DNA of 64,000 bases from Bacillota bacterium. Lineage in GTDB: Bacteria > Bacillota > Clostridia > Christensenellales > UBA1431. The stretch covers positions 2,518 to 66,517 of the forward strand of contig JBMOLJ010000033.1 of assembly GCA_049324235.1 (NCBI GenBank), given 5' to 3'. Positions 41,055-49,741 of the stretch are shown in pieces. The notes under the pieces were generated by a model. It did not search any database and had not been told where the DNA came from. It saw only the letters and a list, made by a program, of their open reading frames with translations. The position numbers and the translations under genes were made by a program. Each line of letters begins with the position of its first letter. Positions within the stretch are counted from its first letter, which is position 1.

Positions 41055-41414
41055 TTATTTCTTCTGTTTGATTCCGGTTACAATCAGGACAGCCCCGACG
41101 CTCACCGAAAATATGCCGAATATCGTCCGTAATGCTATGCCGCTCAACAAAAAAGCAAGCCGCGCGCCCAAAAACGCGGTAACAGCGCCTGACGTTCCAA
41201 TATAAAAGAGATAACGCCCGTTCAAGCGCCGCGCTCTCCAATTGGTCCAGGTCGATACGGCGGCAGCCGGTATGAAGCCGTACAACCCGGCCGTCTGTGC
41301 CGCAAGCTGTTTGACGCCTGAAAGAAGCATGAGCGAAGGCACCAGCAAGGCGGCGCCCCCCAGGCCCATTCCGGCCGCAACGCCGGACAGGATGCCCAGA
41401 ACAAACTCCAGCAT
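41055..41414 (-). CDS. half-size TauE/SafE family membrane protein (second half)
   Basis: 119 aa starting from MLEFVLG behind AAGGAAGAAGG. About four hydrophobic segments. Confidence 0.7.
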   Translation of the reverse strand: MLEFVLGILSGVAAGMGLGGAALLVPSLMLLSGVKQLAAQTAGLYGFIPAAAVSTWTNWRARRLNGRYLFYIGTSGAVTAFLGARLAFLLSGIALRTIFGIFSVSVGAVLIVTGIKQKK

Positions 41415-41431
41415 GGAATTACCTTCTTCCT

Positions 41432-41791
41432 TTACAAAAGAATCATAAACGCGCCGGAAACCGTAAGCGAAGCGCCCAGCAGAATTTTCAGCACGCGCTC
41501 GGGAAGGCGGCCCAAAAGCCATGAACCAAGATAGCCGCCAATCGCCATGCCCGGCACTACCGCCAACAACAGCGCCGCGTCGGCCTGACCTGCGCCGGTA
41601 TAGGTGGCGGCGCTCAGGAGTGTGAACCAAAGCGCGCACGCCGTGGACGCAGCGTGCGCGCCTGCCTGCGCTTCTTTAAGCCGGAGCATCCCCAGCAGGA
41701 CGATAAGGCCGCCGCCCGTGCCCAGCAGTCCGTTTATAAAGCCCGCGACGGCGCCGACCCCCAGCATGTACGCCTTCTTTTTGCTTTTCAC
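41432..41791 (-). CDS. half-size TauE/SafE family membrane protein (first half)
   Basis: GFINGLLGTGGGLIVL motif. Start proposed at GTG 41791 behind AAGGCGGA, giving 119 aa. The track start 41845 abuts the terminator and has no RBS. Confidence 0.65.
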   Translation of the reverse strand: MKSKKKAYMLGVGAVAGFINGLLGTGGGLIVLLGMLRLKEAQAGAHAASTACALWFTLLSAATYTGAGQADAALLLAVVPGMAIGGYLGSWLLGRLPERVLKILLGASLTVSGAFMILL

Positions 41792-41853
41792 AATGGTTTC
41801 CGCCTTTTTTAATATTCGTATTGTCCCCCGCCGCCGGCCAAACATGCCCGTAT

Positions 41854-41886
41854 AAAAATCCCCGGCATGTTTGGCCGGGGATTTTT
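41854..41886. terminator. bidirectional terminator after the GNAT-like gene
   Basis: AAAAATCCCCGGC-ATGTTTG-GCCGGGGATTTTT. Confidence 0.8.
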
Positions 41887-41924
41887 ATGCTTATATAGTA
41901 TATTCTTTTTCAATTATTGTTATG

Positions 41925-43046
41925 TCAATCAAGGTCCTTTACATAACACCGGCGGCGCCTGTGCTGCCGTGTTTCAAATTCTTTCCACAGGGCAAGCATG
42001 CGCGTATTTTCCTCAAGCTCAGGCCCGGTTTCCGCCCATTTGATACCGTTTTTTATACCATTTTTCGTAAACTCGTTCAGAACCACGGCGCTCACGCCCG
42101 CGTTCTGCATATCCGGCCGGATCGCGATAAAGTACAGATCGAGCGAATCATTATGTTTCAATGCACGCATCAGCCGGAAGATTCCGAACGGGAAAAGCCG
42201 CCCTTTGCTTTTCCGGATGGCTTTGCCGAGGGACGGCACAGCCACGCCGTAACCGGCTATTTTGTTGTTCTTATCCATCACCACGCACAAATAATCCGGT
42301 GAGATATATTTAATGTACTCGGTGATATATTTGTCCGCCTGCTCTCGCGAGAGTTCCACCACGCCCGGAAGCTCCCTGAACGCCTCGTTGAGCACCTCAA
42401 AGGCCTCATCAAGGTACGGATAGATATCCTTGATTGTCTTAAGCGGCAAAATGGTAAAATGGTTCCTGCGCAGGATGAGATCCGCAATGCGCTGTACGCG
42501 CTCGCTGGGCTTCTCGGGCGTCATGACCTGAAACTCCAGCCAGTCGTATTTCTTGGTGTAGCCCATTTTTTCCATATACTGCGGGTAGTACGGATGATTA
42601 TAGATCGTAATGGCAAGATCCTGCTCTTCAAAACCCTCGACCAGCATGCCCTGCTTATCAAGGTCGCAGAAGCCGAGCGGCCCCTGCACCCTGTTCATCC
42701 CCTTGCTGCGCGCCCAGTCCTCCACCGCCGCAAAAAGCGCCTGCGCCACCTCGAAATCTTCAATGAAATCAAGTAGCCAGAAACGCACGGCGCTCTCGTT
42801 CCACGCCTCGTTTGCGGCCGTGTTCAGGATTGCTGTCACGCGGCCGGCCGCTTTTCCCCCTTTGATTGCCAGAAATGAAATGGTTTCATTGTATTTCAGC
42901 GACGGATTCTTAGCGGGTAATAGCATCGCCTTCTCTTCCGTGCGTACTTCTGGCACCCAATACGGATTGTCTTTATAAATCGCGTACGGAAGACTCACAA
43001 ACTTTCTCAGGTCCGCCGCCGTTTCAACTTTTCTGATCTCGACCAT
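41925..43046 (-). CDS. GNAT-like N-acetyltransferase of unknown substrate
   Basis: 373 aa. N-terminus EIRKV..DLRKFVSLPYAIYKDNPYWVPE resembles a widespread uncharacterised acetyltransferase family. Called from memory only. Confidence 0.55.
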   Translation of the reverse strand: MVEIRKVETAADLRKFVSLPYAIYKDNPYWVPEVRTEEKAMLLPAKNPSLKYNETISFLAIKGGKAAGRVTAILNTAANEAWNESAVRFWLLDFIEDFEVAQALFAAVEDWARSKGMNRVQGPLGFCDLDKQGMLVEGFEEQDLAITIYNHPYYPQYMEKMGYTKKYDWLEFQVMTPEKPSERVQRIADLILRRNHFTILPLKTIKDIYPYLDEAFEVLNEAFRELPGVVELSREQADKYITEYIKYISPDYLCVVMDKNNKIAGYGVAVPSLGKAIRKSKGRLFPFGIFRLMRALKHNDSLDLYFIAIRPDMQNAGVSAVVLNEFTKNGIKNGIKWAETGPELEENTRMLALWKEFETRQHRRRRCYVKDLD

Positions 43047-43131
43047 TCCCCAGCCTCCGCTCCATTCATAGCGTATGCATCATTATAACAAAACGGCAAC
43101 CCTATAACAAGTGCCACCCGCCCCATGCAAG

Positions 43132-44778
43132 TCACACGGCCGGTTTCGCGGGTTTATCCTTTATCGGGCGGAGCGAGTACGCGATGTTCTTGGCATGGTC
43201 TGCCGCACGCTCCAGCTCGCTGATCATGTCCGTGAATATGACGCCGCTTTTCGGAAAACAGACCTCAACGCTCAGCCTGTCGATATGGCTTTGTTTAAAG
43301 TCTACCTGCATGCGGTTGATCACGCGGTCCAGGGCTTCAACCATGCCGAGGCGCGACTCGTCGCGCTTGGCGAAGACATCCAGGCACACATCAATGATCT
43401 CTTCCACCTTTTCGGTCATGATCCTGAGTTGGGCAAGCGCCTCGTCGGTGAATTTAAGCTTTTCATCAATGCGGGTAATGGTATACCCCGCGATGTTTTC
43501 CGCGTGGTCCCCGATACGTTCCATGTCTCCTACCACATGGAAGTAAGAGCCGATGGTTTCCCTGTCTTTGTCAGACAGGTCCAGTGACGAGCATTTCACA
43601 AGATAACGGATGATCTCGTGGTTTATGTAATTGATGTTTTTCTCGCGCCGAAGCACTTTCTCGACCAAAGCATCGTCCTTGTTGAAAAATGCCTTTACTG
43701 ACGCGGAGAAATTGCGCCTGGCCAGCCTGCCCATCCGGTTCAATTCCTCGTGGACGAGATCGACCGCCACCGCCGGCGCTTCCAGCATCGTTTCGTTGAT
43801 GTGGACCAGCGCTCTTTCATCTTCCCCGCAGTCATCGTCCTTGCGGTTGGGCAGCAGTGTCTTTGCCAGTTTGACCAGAAGGTGCGCAAACGGCAGCATC
43901 AGTATGACGTTCGTTGTGTTGAACAGCGTATGGAAGTTGGCGATCTGTCTGGCCACATTATCAGGCGACAGCGATTGCAGCCAATCCACAATCGGCAATA
44001 CCGCAAGAAGCACGCTGAAAATAATCGTACCTATTGTGTTAAAGCTCGCGTGTATGATCGCGGCGCGCTTTGAATCCGTGTTTGCGCTCAGGCTGGCCAG
44101 CACTGCCGTGATGCAGGTGCCGATGTTGCAGCCCAGCACGACGAAAACAGCGCTGCTCAGGGGAATGAGTCCCTGCATGGCCAGCGCCTGCAGTATACCG
44201 ATCGAAACCGAGGAGCTCTGGATGATACAGGTCACCAGCAGGCCTGTTAAAATGCCGACAAAGGGGCTTTGGAAGTTGACCATGAAATGCTGGAACGCCA
44301 CATCCGTCTTTAATGGCTCCATCGCGCCTGCAAGCAGTTTCATCCCCAGGAACAGAATGCCAAAACCAGCCAGTATCTCGCCGAAGCGTTTAACCGACCG
44401 GTTTTTAAAAAGAATGAAGCAGATTGCGCCCACGAATACAAAAATAGGTGCGATATCTGTAAGCTTTACTGCAATAATCTGCGCGGTGACCGTGGTCCCG
44501 ATCTCTGCGCCCATAATGATCCCGACTGCCTGCTGCAACTGCAGCAGGCCCGCATTGATAAACCCGACGACCGTCACCGTCGTCGCCGACGAGCTTTGGA
44601 TGACCATCGTGATGCCCATGCCTACCAGCACGCCCTTTACCCGGTTGTTGGTCAGTTTCCCGAGCATTTCGCGCATCCTGTCTCCGGCCGCGCGCTCCAG
44701 GCCTTCGCTCATGATTTTCATGCCATATAAGAAAAGGCCTAATCCTCCGCACATCTGAAATATATTCAATATATTCAT
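43132..44778 (-). CDS. Na/Pi cotransporter family protein with C-terminal PhoU-like domain
   Basis: GGLGLFLYGMKIMSEGLE and IQSSSATT repeats, with C-terminal PhoU helices. Start trimmed to MNILNIF. Confidence 0.9.
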   Translation of the reverse strand: MNILNIFQMCGGLGLFLYGMKIMSEGLERAAGDRMREMLGKLTNNRVKGVLVGMGITMVIQSSSATTVTVVGFINAGLLQLQQAVGIIMGAEIGTTVTAQIIAVKLTDIAPIFVFVGAICFILFKNRSVKRFGEILAGFGILFLGMKLLAGAMEPLKTDVAFQHFMVNFQSPFVGILTGLLVTCIIQSSSVSIGILQALAMQGLIPLSSAVFVVLGCNIGTCITAVLASLSANTDSKRAAIIHASFNTIGTIIFSVLLAVLPIVDWLQSLSPDNVARQIANFHTLFNTTNVILMLPFAHLLVKLAKTLLPNRKDDDCGEDERALVHINETMLEAPAVAVDLVHEELNRMGRLARRNFSASVKAFFNKDDALVEKVLRREKNINYINHEIIRYLVKCSSLDLSDKDRETIGSYFHVVGDMERIGDHAENIAGYTITRIDEKLKFTDEALAQLRIMTEKVEEIIDVCLDVFAKRDESRLGMVEALDRVINRMQVDFKQSHIDRLSVEVCFPKSGVIFTDMISELERAADHAKNIAYSLRPIKDKPAKPAV

Positions 44779-44815
44779 TTCGGGTAGCTCTCTCCTTAGC
44801 TGAGTTTTTGGAGTA

Positions 44816-45274
44816 TCATACCAGGCCGGAAAAACCGTTCTGGCGCAGGGCTTCGTATACGACGACCGCAACCGAATTAGCCAGATTCAGGCTGCGCGCC
44901 CCGCTCTTCATTGGTATGCGTAAACATTTATCATAAAAGCGCCGGATGATTGCTTCATCCAACCCTTTAGTTTCGCTTCCGAAAACGAGATAATCGCCTT
45001 TGTGATAGCGCACCGCGTCATAGGCCCTGCCCGCGCGCGTGCTCAGAAAATAGAAGTTTTTTCCGGCGCCTTCCTGCAGCACGGATTCAAAATCATCGTA
45101 ATAAAAGATGGGCGTCATATGCCAGTAATCCAGTCCCGCGCGCTTCAAATGCCTGTCTTGGACACTGAAACCCATGGGAAGAACGATGTGCAGAGAAGAC
45201 CCCGTCGCCGCGCAGGTGCGCGCGATATTCCCGGTATTCTGGGGTATTTCGGGATTGCACAGTACGATGTTCAT
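44816..45274 (-). CDS. trmL: tRNA (cytidine/uridine-2'-O)-methyltransferase, SpoU/TrmL type
   Basis: MNIVLCNPEIPQNTGNIARTC and LNLANSVAVVVYE motifs. Start behind GGAGAC. Confidence 0.85.
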   Translation of the reverse strand: MNIVLCNPEIPQNTGNIARTCAATGSSLHIVLPMGFSVQDRHLKRAGLDYWHMTPIFYYDDFESVLQEGAGKNFYFLSTRAGRAYDAVRYHKGDYLVFGSETKGLDEAIIRRFYDKCLRIPMKSGARSLNLANSVAVVVYEALRQNGFSGLV

Positions 45275-45317
45275 AGGTCTCCAAATGTCCTTTAGAGTAT
45301 TCGTGGCACCATTCACA

Positions 45318-45346
45318 ATTTTAATATAGTTATAACATGATATCAA
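45318..45346 (-). promoter_or_regulatory. promoter of trmL
   Basis: TTGATA (45346..45341), 17-nt spacer, TAAAAT (45323..45318). Confidence 0.5.
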
Positions 45347-45436
45347 CCGGAAATTAACGTATAAATAACGCCCATTTTACATAATCCGTACCGTTTCCAC
45401 GCTTGTGTGACAGTTTTCAAATTCTCGGGCAGTACA

Positions 45437-45476
45437 CAAAAACCGCGGGAGCAATAACCGTTCCCGCGGTTTTTTA
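45437..45476. terminator. bidirectional terminator
   Basis: AAAAACCGCGGGA-loop-TCCCGCGGTTTTTT. Lies about 160 nt downstream of the DUF2752 stop. Confidence 0.75.
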
Positions 45477-45636
45477 CATATCAGACCATATGTATCTATT
45501 ATTCGTTTCCCTTCCCGGGATTCCAAATTAGGTTTCCATTTCCTGCGCAATACCGCGCGCCTGAAAAACTGCGCGGCAATATCGGTTACCCCGGTATTCC
45601 ATGCTCCTGCCGCGTTTTTTGTATGATTGTATCGTT

Positions 45637-46074
45637 TTATGCAAGCGCGCCCAGCGGCGCAAGGAGTGTGAACGGGAAGACGGGAATGTTTCTGAGTACC
45701 CAGAATGCGGCGATAGCCCAAAGCAGGGAGCGCGTCACAGTCAGGCGGTCAATTCTCGAAACAAGGCTCCGGCCCCGCGGAAACCTCTGCATAACCCATG
45801 CCGCACTCAGGCAGGGCAGTACGATGAAGCCCAGGGGATTGCACGCAAACGCTGTACCGATGCGCAGATGCACGAGATGATAGATAAGCCGGAACATGCC
45901 GCAGCCGGGGCAATACAGGCCGGTCGCCGCATGAAAAATGCAGGGTACAAACGGCCCGGGCTGCACTTCGTCCAATAACGCCATGTATACAAGGGCGGCG
46001 GCCAGAGCCGCCGCCAGAACAGCGTATACAGCATATCGGATGATTTTTCTGCGGTTTTTCATCACTTTTCCCAC
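45637..46074 (-). CDS. DUF2752 domain membrane protein
   Basis: CIFHAATGLYCPGCGMFR motif followed by TM segments. Confidence 0.8.
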   Translation of the reverse strand: MGKVMKNRRKIIRYAVYAVLAAALAAALVYMALLDEVQPGPFVPCIFHAATGLYCPGCGMFRLIYHLVHLRIGTAFACNPLGFIVLPCLSAAWVMQRFPRGRSLVSRIDRLTVTRSLLWAIAAFWVLRNIPVFPFTLLAPLGALA

Positions 46075-46145
46075 CGGTTGTCAATTGCCTGCAAACCGGA
46101 AAACGTTTCGTTAATGTTTGCTTTTACAGATGAATCCTCGGAGGG

Positions 46146-46550
46146 TTAATAACGATAATTGTGCCACCAGTTCATAAACCCTATACCGAACACCACGCCC
46201 AGGATTATCGAGAGCACGATAAGAATTCCGCCGACGATAAGTCCGATCATACTGTAAGTTTTTGCTTTTTCGGAAAACATTTTCGCGCTTTCGAAGTCGC
46301 CCAGCTTAATGAACTGGTCCACCTTCAGGGACTGCACCAGTCCGGCGATACCGAAAGGCAGGCAAAGAAAAATTGCGATAATGGACAGCGCCAGATGGTT
46401 GGATATCGTCGCGTACGCCTGTGCGATCTGGGACTGGTTTGCCTGGGGCGGCGCCTGCGTATCCTGTCCGTTCTGGCCTACACTTCGGCCGCAATACATG
46501 CAGTGGTTCGCGTCATCCGGCAATTGCTTGCCACACTGTGGACAAAACAT
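46146..46550 (-). CDS. zinc-ribbon + CD225/dispanin family membrane protein
   Basis: MFCPQCGKQLPDDANHCMYCG, then IFLCLPFGIAGLVQSLKVDQF. Start at the second ATG behind GGAGG. Confidence 0.8.
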   Translation of the reverse strand: MFCPQCGKQLPDDANHCMYCGRSVGQNGQDTQAPPQANQSQIAQAYATISNHLALSIIAIFLCLPFGIAGLVQSLKVDQFIKLGDFESAKMFSEKAKTYSMIGLIVGGILIVLSIILGVVFGIGFMNWWHNYRY

Positions 46551-46577
46551 CTTCAATACCTCCATGATTTATTAAGG

Positions 46578-46949
46578 TCAGTGTATATTAATATAAGGAA
46601 TTATGGGTATGCAGCATATCAGGCATATGATTGCGATGATTACCGGGATGGCGATCAGCGCGCCCAGCACGATCAGCCCGATGATGTCCATCTGTCTTGC
46701 CTTATCCGAAGCGATCCGTGCGGCTTCCTCGTTGCCCTGCAAAAGAAATTCGTCCACCCTCAGCGAATAGATAAGGCCCGCGATCCCGAAAGGGAGGCAG
46801 AGAAAAATCATGATGATCGAAAAAGCCAGATAATTGGGTACGGTCTTCGTATGCGGGTACGCTCTTTTTGCATAACGCAGATCGTGTCCGCATTCCTTGC
46901 AATAATTATAGTCGTCGGGATTTTCGCGCCCGCATTTTGAACAATACAT
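46578..46949 (-). CDS. zinc-ribbon + CD225/dispanin family membrane protein
   Basis: MYCSKCGRENPDDYNYCKECG, then IFLCLPFGIAGLIYSLRVDEF. Start behind GGAAGGTG. Confidence 0.8.
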   Translation of the reverse strand: MYCSKCGRENPDDYNYCKECGHDLRYAKRAYPHTKTVPNYLAFSIIMIFLCLPFGIAGLIYSLRVDEFLLQGNEEAARIASDKARQMDIIGLIVLGALIAIPVIIAIICLICCIPIIPYINIH

Positions 46950-47034
46950 AAAAACACCTTCCAGATATCGTACCGGTTCAGCCGGGCAAACAAACGGCCG
47001 TGCAATCTTCGTATTCATTTTACTAATAAAGTTG

Positions 47035-47286
47035 TTATTTTACAACCAGCATGACCACCAACATGAACAAAAAATAGGCTGCCGCAGCGACAGCCATGAT
47101 CACAAGGCCGAGTATGTTGATTTTGCGTGCCTTAAACGAGGCTTCGTATGCAGCAGGGTAATCCTGCTGCATCACGTACCGCTCGACGCGTACAGAATAA
47201 ACCAGCGCCGCCGCGCCCATGGGCAGGCAGATCACCAGCATGAGTACCGAGAACCACAGATAGTTCGGAATCTTCACTTTTCGCAC
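47035..47286 (-). CDS. CD225/dispanin family membrane protein without zinc ribbon
   Basis: ICLPMGAAALVYSVRVERY core. Only a GTG start, with no well-spaced RBS. Confidence 0.6.
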   Translation of the reverse strand: MRKVKIPNYLWFSVLMLVICLPMGAAALVYSVRVERYVMQQDYPAAYEASFKARKINILGLVIMAVAAAAYFLFMLVVMLVVK

Positions 47287-47367
47287 GAACCCCGCGTCAG
47301 GAATGTTTCTTCCTCCTCATTAAGGCCCAAGACTATCCGGTAAGCGTTTACTGTGCAGCGCCACCGT

Positions 47368-48540
47368 CTAAATCTCCTGCAGATATGCACGGATACGTTT
47401 CAACGCCTCGTTGATGTTATCCAGGGAGGTCGCGTACGAGCAGCGCATAAAGCTGTTCGAATTGCCGAAGGCTGTCGACGGCACGCAGGCAACCTTTTGC
47501 GATTTTATAAGCCCTTCGCAGAACCGGTCGGCGGTCATACCCGTCTTTTCCACGCAGGGATAGGCATAAAACGCGCCCATCGGCTCGAAACAGGACAGTC
47601 CCATATCCCTGAATCCGTCAACGATCACCCTGCGCCTGCGGTTATACTCCCTGCGCATTCTCTCCACGTCGGCGAAATTGTTCTCAAAACCGGCCCGCAG
47701 CGCCTCGACCCCCGCCGCCTGGCTCATGATCGGCGCGCACAGCATTGTGAACTGGTGGATCTTGAGCATCGCGTTTAACAGCTCAGTCGGCGCGCAGATA
47801 TAGCCCAGGCGCCAGCCCGTCATCGCAAACGCCTTGGAAAAGCCGTTGATGACGATGGTCCGGTCCCACATCCCGTCAAGCGACGCAATGCTGGTATGCT
47901 TCCCCTGGTACGTAAGCTCGGCATAGACCTCATCCGAAATCGCGATGATGTTCTTATCCGCAAGCAGCTCGGCAATGGGTTTCAGCTCGTTTTCAGTCAT
48001 GATCGCACCGGTCGGGTTGTTAGGAAACGCTACGATAATGGCTTTGGTGCGGTCGTTTATAAGCGGTTTTACATTATCCACCGTGAATTTGAATTCATCC
48101 TCGTCGGACATCTGAATGGGTACGGGTACGCCGCCTGCAAACAGGACTTTGGGCATGTAGGACACATAGCATGGCTCGGGGACAAGCACCTCGTCGCCCG
48201 GTTCGATGATCGCGCGCAAAGACAGGTCAATCGCCTCGCTCGCGCCGACGGTTACCATGATCTGCCCCGGCGTATAGCTCAGGTTGAACCGCTCGGACAT
48301 ATATTGTTCGATGAGTTCCCGGAGCTCTATCATACCGTGGTTGGATGTGTAGTGGGTGTGCCCGCGTTCGATGGAGTAGATTGCCGCCTCACGGATATTC
48401 CACGGCGTGACAAAGTCCGGCTCCCCCACGCCCAGGGATATCGCGTCCTTCATCTCGCTGGCCAGGTCAAAGAATTTGCGTATTCCCGAAGGAGGCACAT
48501 CGGCTACCCGTTTTGATATAATTTTACTGTAATCCATCAT
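47368..48540 (-). CDS. class I/II pyridoxal-phosphate aminotransferase (AlaT/AspC-like)
   Basis: SNHGMIELRE, PNNPTG, and FSKAFAMTGWRLGY (PLP lysine). Paired with an Lrp regulator, as in Bacillus alaR-alaT. Confidence 0.9.
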   Translation of the reverse strand: MMDYSKIISKRVADVPPSGIRKFFDLASEMKDAISLGVGEPDFVTPWNIREAAIYSIERGHTHYTSNHGMIELRELIEQYMSERFNLSYTPGQIMVTVGASEAIDLSLRAIIEPGDEVLVPEPCYVSYMPKVLFAGGVPVPIQMSDEDEFKFTVDNVKPLINDRTKAIIVAFPNNPTGAIMTENELKPIAELLADKNIIAISDEVYAELTYQGKHTSIASLDGMWDRTIVINGFSKAFAMTGWRLGYICAPTELLNAMLKIHQFTMLCAPIMSQAAGVEALRAGFENNFADVERMRREYNRRRRVIVDGFRDMGLSCFEPMGAFYAYPCVEKTGMTADRFCEGLIKSQKVACVPSTAFGNSNSFMRCSYATSLDNINEALKRIRAYLQEI

Positions 48541-48544
48541 GGCG

Positions 48545-49039
48545 TTATGCCGTCACCACCAATCTATCATCCTTTTCATCATCAAGTATGATGACGCCGT
48601 CCTCTTTATATTTACGCAGCACAAAGCTTGTTGCCGTTGACAGCACGCCGTCGAGCACCGAGAGCTTCTCTGCAACGAACAGCGCGACCTGCCGCATATT
48701 CAGGCCTTCGACCAGTACCATCAGGTCGTACGAGCCGGATACGAGATACACGCTGCGCACCTCAGAAAAACGGTAGATGCGTTTTGCCAGTGCGTCAAAG
48801 CCCTGCTCGCGCTGCGGCGTAACCCGTACTTCAATCAGCGCCTGCACCATATCCTTGTCAACCTTTTCCATGTTTATCACGGCATTATACTTGACGATGA
48901 TATGGTCGCGTTCCATCCGCCTGATCTCCTCGGCCACCTCCTGCGGGTCGGCCCCGATCATAACGGCTATCTGGTCTTCGTCTATCCGGCAATCCTGCCT
49001 AAGGATCTCCAGAATTTCCTTGGTGAGTTCCTTCGTCAT
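48545..49039 (-). CDS. Lrp/AsnC family transcriptional regulator
   Basis: HTH plus an RAM-like C-terminal domain (VRSVYLVSGSYDLMVLVEG). Start trimmed to MTKELTKE. Confidence 0.9.
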   Translation of the reverse strand: MTKELTKEILEILRQDCRIDEDQIAVMIGADPQEVAEEIRRMERDHIIVKYNAVINMEKVDKDMVQALIEVRVTPQREQGFDALAKRIYRFSEVRSVYLVSGSYDLMVLVEGLNMRQVALFVAEKLSVLDGVLSTATSFVLRKYKEDGVIILDDEKDDRLVVTA

Positions 49040-49163
49040 ATTCCCCCTCCTTACAACACGCCAAGCACAAATAATATCTTTGTATTTTATCATTCAATCG
49101 CCCGGTGCGCAACCTTATAAACATTGGTCACACGGTTAAATTCTGTAGGGCAGTAAACCATAA

Positions 49164-49667
49164 TTGCTAGAAAAATCTTCCCTGCGCAAAGCGAACCCGA
49201 AAGCCCAGAACGTTACGGGCGAGATCTACGGGCCGCCGGTCGCCGATCCAGCGTACGGAGAGGTCATACTCCGTTTCTCCTCTAAAAAGCTTGGAACGTT
49301 TGGTTCTCCTGTGATGGAGTTTGTCTATAACGCCTCAAAAGCGCCCAATGATCGTGTGATTGCGTCCGGAGAGTCTTATGTATATGCGCAAAAGCGCTTG
49401 GGCATAAAGGCGCAGACGTATAAGCATATCCTTTCCCTTGACGGCAAGGAGCTAAAAGTAGAAGAGTTCCAGCCTTATAATCTGGCTCCTATGAACGGGA
49501 AAACATACGTGAACGGACCTGACCCGGCGAAACCAACTCCTTCGCCCACGCCATCCGCGACTGCTAAGCCAACGACTAAACCGACAACGAAGCCAACCAC
49601 TAAGCCTACACCTGCAACTAAACCCTCGCCCACACCCTCAGCTACATTATCGCCATCACCAACATAA
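49164..49667 (+). pseudogene. 5'-truncated remnant of a VanW/G5-type envelope protein
   Basis: Aligns by eye only with the last third of the neighbouring VanW paralogs (VTGEIYGPP ... TYK..DGK ... PT-rich tail). No ATG, RBS, signal or TM segment. The frame opens just after stops. Confidence 0.45.
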
Positions 49668-49686
49668 ACACGAGCATGCTAACGAC

Positions 49687-49724
49687 AAAACACCGGCAGA
49701 CCGCATTGGTCAGCCGGTGTTTTT
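49687..49724. terminator. bidirectional terminator between convergent genes
   Basis: AAAACACCGGCAGACC-GCATT-GGTCAGCCGGTGTTTTT. Confidence 0.8.
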
Positions 49725-49741
49725 ATAGTGTGCAATTCTTT

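Noticed and set aside
43631-44758. 375-aa plus-strand ORF opposite the Na/Pi cotransporter gene.
   Set aside because: Antisense shadow. The minus-strand frame carries the diagnostic transporter and PhoU motifs.
45377-45721. 114-aa minus-strand ORF in the DUF2752-trmL spacer.
   Set aside because: It overlaps the 3' end of the DUF2752 gene, reads through a strong terminator hairpin, and has a basic low-complexity translation.
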